Of a stretch of 64,000 nucleotides of DNA, positions 61,395-64,000 are shown one piece after another. The DNA comes from Campylobacterales bacterium (GTDB lineage Bacteria; Campylobacterota; Campylobacteria; Campylobacterales; Sulfurimonadaceae). The notes under the pieces were generated by a model. It was not told the DNA's origin. It ran no database searches and saw only the letters and a program-made list of their open reading frames with translations. A program made the translations under genes and the position numbers. Positions within the stretch are counted from its first letter, which is position 1. Every line of letters starts with the position of its first letter. Location of the stretch: positions 1 through 64,000 of the forward strand of contig JBBRBK010000005.1 of the NCBI GenBank assembly GCA_038205935.1, written 5' to 3'.

Positions 61395-62468
61395 GTGAGA
61401 ATCAAACATCTAATGCAATTATTCATCATAGCAAATATGACATATGCTATTTTTAATTTTTCAGTATGGGAACTTTATACAAAAAAGATATTTTTAGAAA
61501 ACAAAAAAGAAAATTTTATTGGTGGAGATTTATCAAGACTTGGCTATATCTCAACATCTTTAACTCTCAGAAAGAGAGATGTTGATTTACCTATAAAACA
61601 TTATGAAGAGAGTGATATATTATCTTTAGGTGTAAATCAACATTTTGATATTATGACTATAGGAGATTCGTTTTCAAATGGAGGAGGTGGAGGAAAAAAT
61701 CCTTTTTATGCGGATTATATAGCAACTTCATACAATCAAAAAATATTAAATTTTCAAGTAATATCTGGTTCATTTTTAAATACACCTATTGTATTAGCAA
61801 ACTCGGGAATGCTGGAAAAACTAGGTGTAAAAACGATTATACTTGAAAGCGTTGAGCGTTCTTTTATCGAGCGAATGACATCAAGTATAGATGAGAAAAA
61901 AACAATGCATATTCAAGACTTAATGAATCTATGCAAAGATTCAAAATATCACAATAATCCTCCAGAATATAGCTTTATAAATGATGGAAATATCAAATTT
62001 GTCTTATATAGTATACTAAGAAATTACTCTGATAATGGTTTTATAAACATAGTTTATAAAGTACCATTAAAACAAAATTTATTTACTGCCCAACACTCAA
62101 ATGATTTACTTTTTTATGGCGATGATATTAAAAATAATATGTTATCAAACGAAATAAATCTGAAAATTGCTAATGATAATTTAAACAATTTAGCAAAGAT
62201 TTTAAAAAAACACGGTGTTAAATTAATAGTTTTAGCCACTCCAAATAAATATACTATTTATAGTGATTTTATGATTGAAAAAAACAAGTATGGAAGAAGT
62301 AGTTTTTTTGAAGATTTTTCTAAACTTTCTAAAAATTATGAGTTTATTAATTCTAAGACTATTTTACAAAATGCAGTGACAAACGGCATCAAAGATATTT
62401 ATTATCCAGATGACACACATTGGTCTTACAAAGCATCAGAACTTATTGTTAAGTCCATGCATTTTTAA
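61395..62468 (+). CDS. AlgJ/AlgX-like SGNH O-acetyltransferase
   Basis: IGDSFS, ESVER, PNK, DDTHWS. Confidence 0.75.
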   Translation: MRIKHLMQLFIIANMTYAIFNFSVWELYTKKIFLENKKENFIGGDLSRLGYISTSLTLRKRDVDLPIKHYEESDILSLGVNQHFDIMTIGDSFSNGGGGGKNPFYADYIATSYNQKILNFQVISGSFLNTPIVLANSGMLEKLGVKTIILESVERSFIERMTSSIDEKKTMHIQDLMNLCKDSKYHNNPPEYSFINDGNIKFVLYSILRNYSDNGFINIVYKVPLKQNLFTAQHSNDLLFYGDDIKNNMLSNEINLKIANDNLNNLAKILKKHGVKLIVLATPNKYTIYSDFMIEKNKYGRSSFFEDFSKLSKNYEFINSKTILQNAVTNGIKDIYYPDDTHWSYKASELIVKSMHF

Positions 62469-62498
62469 TCTCATCCAAAAGATGTGGCTGAGATTAAA
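62464..62498. terminator. Likely bidirectional terminator hairpin
   Basis: TTTAATCTCA(t)CCA...TGG(c)TGAGATTAAA between convergent genes. Confidence 0.6.
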
Positions 62499-62514
62499 GC
62501 TCTGAAAAAGTGAG

Positions 62515-64000
62515 CTATACCTTCTTCAAATAGACCACGCTGAGTGGCGCAAGCGTTACATGTAAGCTGTTTTTTCTTCCGTGGCACTCTTTGGCTTGTG
62601 ACTTTATTGGAGTTGTATTTGTCTCTGTGTAGCCGCCAAAAGATTTGTCATTGGAGTTAAAAATCTCGACATATTCCCCACTTGTGGGCACACCTAAAAC
62701 ATAACCGATATGCTCTTTGTCTGAGAAGTTACAGATGATGATAAGAGGCTTTTCATTTCTCGCACCTTTTCTTATAAACGAGATCACATTCGCACTATAA
62801 TCGTTTTCATCTATCCAAGAAAAACCCTCTTTTTCTACATCATTTCTGTGCAGTGAAGGTTCTATTTTATATAGGTGATTGAGCTCTTTGAGAACGTTTT
62901 GCACGCCTTTATGACCATCATAGGCTAGTAAATGCCAGTCCAAACTTCGCTCAAAATTCCACTCCGCAAACTGTGCGAACTCTCCACCCATAAACAGCAA
63001 TTTTTTTCCAGGATGCGCATACATCAAAGAAAAAAGTGCACGAAGATTTGCGAACTTTTTATAATTATCTCCAGGCATCTTGTTAACCAAAGAGCCTTTC
63101 ATATGGACCACTTCATCGTGACTAAGCGGCAATAGATAGTTTTCGTTGTACATGTAAACAAAACTAAAAGTCAAATGCTGGTGATGATGTTGGCGAAAGA
63201 GCGGATCGAACTTCATATATTTTAAGATGTCATGCATCCAACCCATATTCCATTTATAGCCAAACCCTAGTCCACCATCTGCAACTGGGCGGCTCACCAT
63301 CGAGTAGTTTGTGGATTCCTCTGCAAACATCATAATGTCGTTGTATTCTTCATACACCGTGGAGTTTAACTGTTTTAAAAACTGTACAGCGCCGCGGTTG
63401 ACGTTGCTTCCATCTTCATTTGGAATCCATTCGCCCTCTTCTCTTGCATAATCAAGATAAAGCATCGAAGCCACAGCATCCACTCTTATGCCATCAAGAT
63501 GGTAATATTCGAGCCAAAAAAGTGCCGAGCTTACTAAAAACGCGCGCACTTCATTTCTATCATAATTAAAAATTGCACTGCCCCATTCTGGATGATAGCC
63601 CTTTCTTGGATCTTTATGTTCATACAAACATGACCCGTCAAAATTTGAAAGTCCATGTCCATCTGTCACAAAGTGTGAAGGCACCCAGTCGAGAATGACG
63701 CCGATGCCGTTGTTATGCAAAATATCCACAAAACTCATAAACTCGCTTGGTGAGCCATAACGCGATGTCGGAGCAAAATATCCCGTCGTCTGATAACCCC
63801 AAGAACCCTCAAACGGATACTCGGTGATAGGCATAATCTCCACGTGAGTAAAGCCCATATTTTTCACATACTCAGCTAATTCATTTGCGAGCTCTGTGTA
63901 AGTTAAAAAGCGATTTTCCTCTTCAACTTTTCTTCTCCATGAACCAAGATGCACTTCATAAATCGAGACTGGAGCTTTATGGGAGTTATGTTTATGGCGT
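62515..64000 (-). CDS. glgB: 1,4-alpha-glucan branching enzyme, C-terminal part (start outside window)
   Basis: [49 protein letters not shown]. Confidence 0.97.
   Translation of the reverse strand, partial: RHKHNSHKAPVSIYEVHLGSWRRKVEEENRFLTYTELANELAEYVKNMGFTHVEIMPITEYPFEGSWGYQTTGYFAPTSRYGSPSEFMSFVDILHNNGIGVILDWVPSHFVTDGHGLSNFDGSCLYEHKDPRKGYHPEWGSAIFNYDRNEVRAFLVSSALFWLEYYHLDGIRVDAVASMLYLDYAREEGEWIPNEDGSNVNRGAVQFLKQLNSTVYEEYNDIMMFAEESTNYSMVSRPVADGGLGFGYKWNMGWMHDILKYMKFDPLFRQHHHQHLTFSFVYMYNENYLLPLSHDEVVHMKGSLVNKMPGDNYKKFANLRALFSLMYAHPGKKLLFMGGEFAQFAEWNFERSLDWHLLAYDGHKGVQNVLKELNHLYKIEPSLHRNDVEKEGFSWIDENDYSANVISFIRKGARNEKPLIIICNFSDKEHIGYVLGVPTSGEYVEIFNSNDKSFGGYTETNTTPIKSQAKECHGRKNSLHVTLAPLSVVYLKKV

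Larger units (their letters stand above)
5609..63157. repeat. Dispersed iterated palindrome TTACATGTAA
   Basis: Perfect copies start at 5609, 9816, 10673, 12643, 22161, 22350, 28495, 41117, 47205, 52840, 53726, 54207, 62556. TACATGTA-core variants at 9896, 15705, 20042, 27846, 32804, 35629, 41626, 47227, 63148. Confidence 0.9.

Noticed and set aside
968..63135. Many 60-170 aa antisense or alternative-frame ORFs in the track (e.g. 6035-6346, 11557-11991, 54253-54690, 54697-55212)
   Set aside because: They lie within confident genes, have no recognisable motifs and look like shadow ORFs.
5609..63157. TTACATGTAA copies as a CRISPR array, REP elements or IS ends
   Set aside because: Copies are 10-14 bp, irregularly spaced and mostly inside intact genes, with no spacers, cas genes or transposase.

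Overview
64 kb of AT-rich bacterial chromosome. Gene order (coaBC-uppS-prepilin peptidase-lptF-truA; rpsA-serA; fused ccsBA) points to a Campylobacterota, Sulfurimonas-like genome (inference). Housekeeping genes (trpB partial, coaBC, uppS, truA, dnaJ, polA, serA, rpsA, pgm, glgB partial) surround three accessory blocks. (i) A ~16 kb surface-polysaccharide locus (23.5-39.7 kb) built on a PelF-like GT4 and a PelG-like membrane protein. It lacks recognisable PelB/C/D/E and instead has a SPOR-TolC, an orphan MFP, a degenerate membrane HD-GYP protein, a GT2/DUF2304/flippase/GT-C-like module and a FemAB-GNAT/deacetylase pair. Its flippase is broken by one in-frame TAA. (ii) An Rrf2/DUF4395 unit divergent from a TolC-MFP-split RND pump. 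(iii) Two tandem MBOAT plus SGNH-like acylation modules, one with a G9 tract. The most striking non-gene signal is an iterated palindrome, TTACATGTAA: I found 13 perfect copies and 9 more with the TACATGTA core by eye, in genes in all three frames and in intergenic DNA. I saw no tRNA, rRNA, CRISPR array or mobile element. All calls come from motif recognition; no database searches were run.
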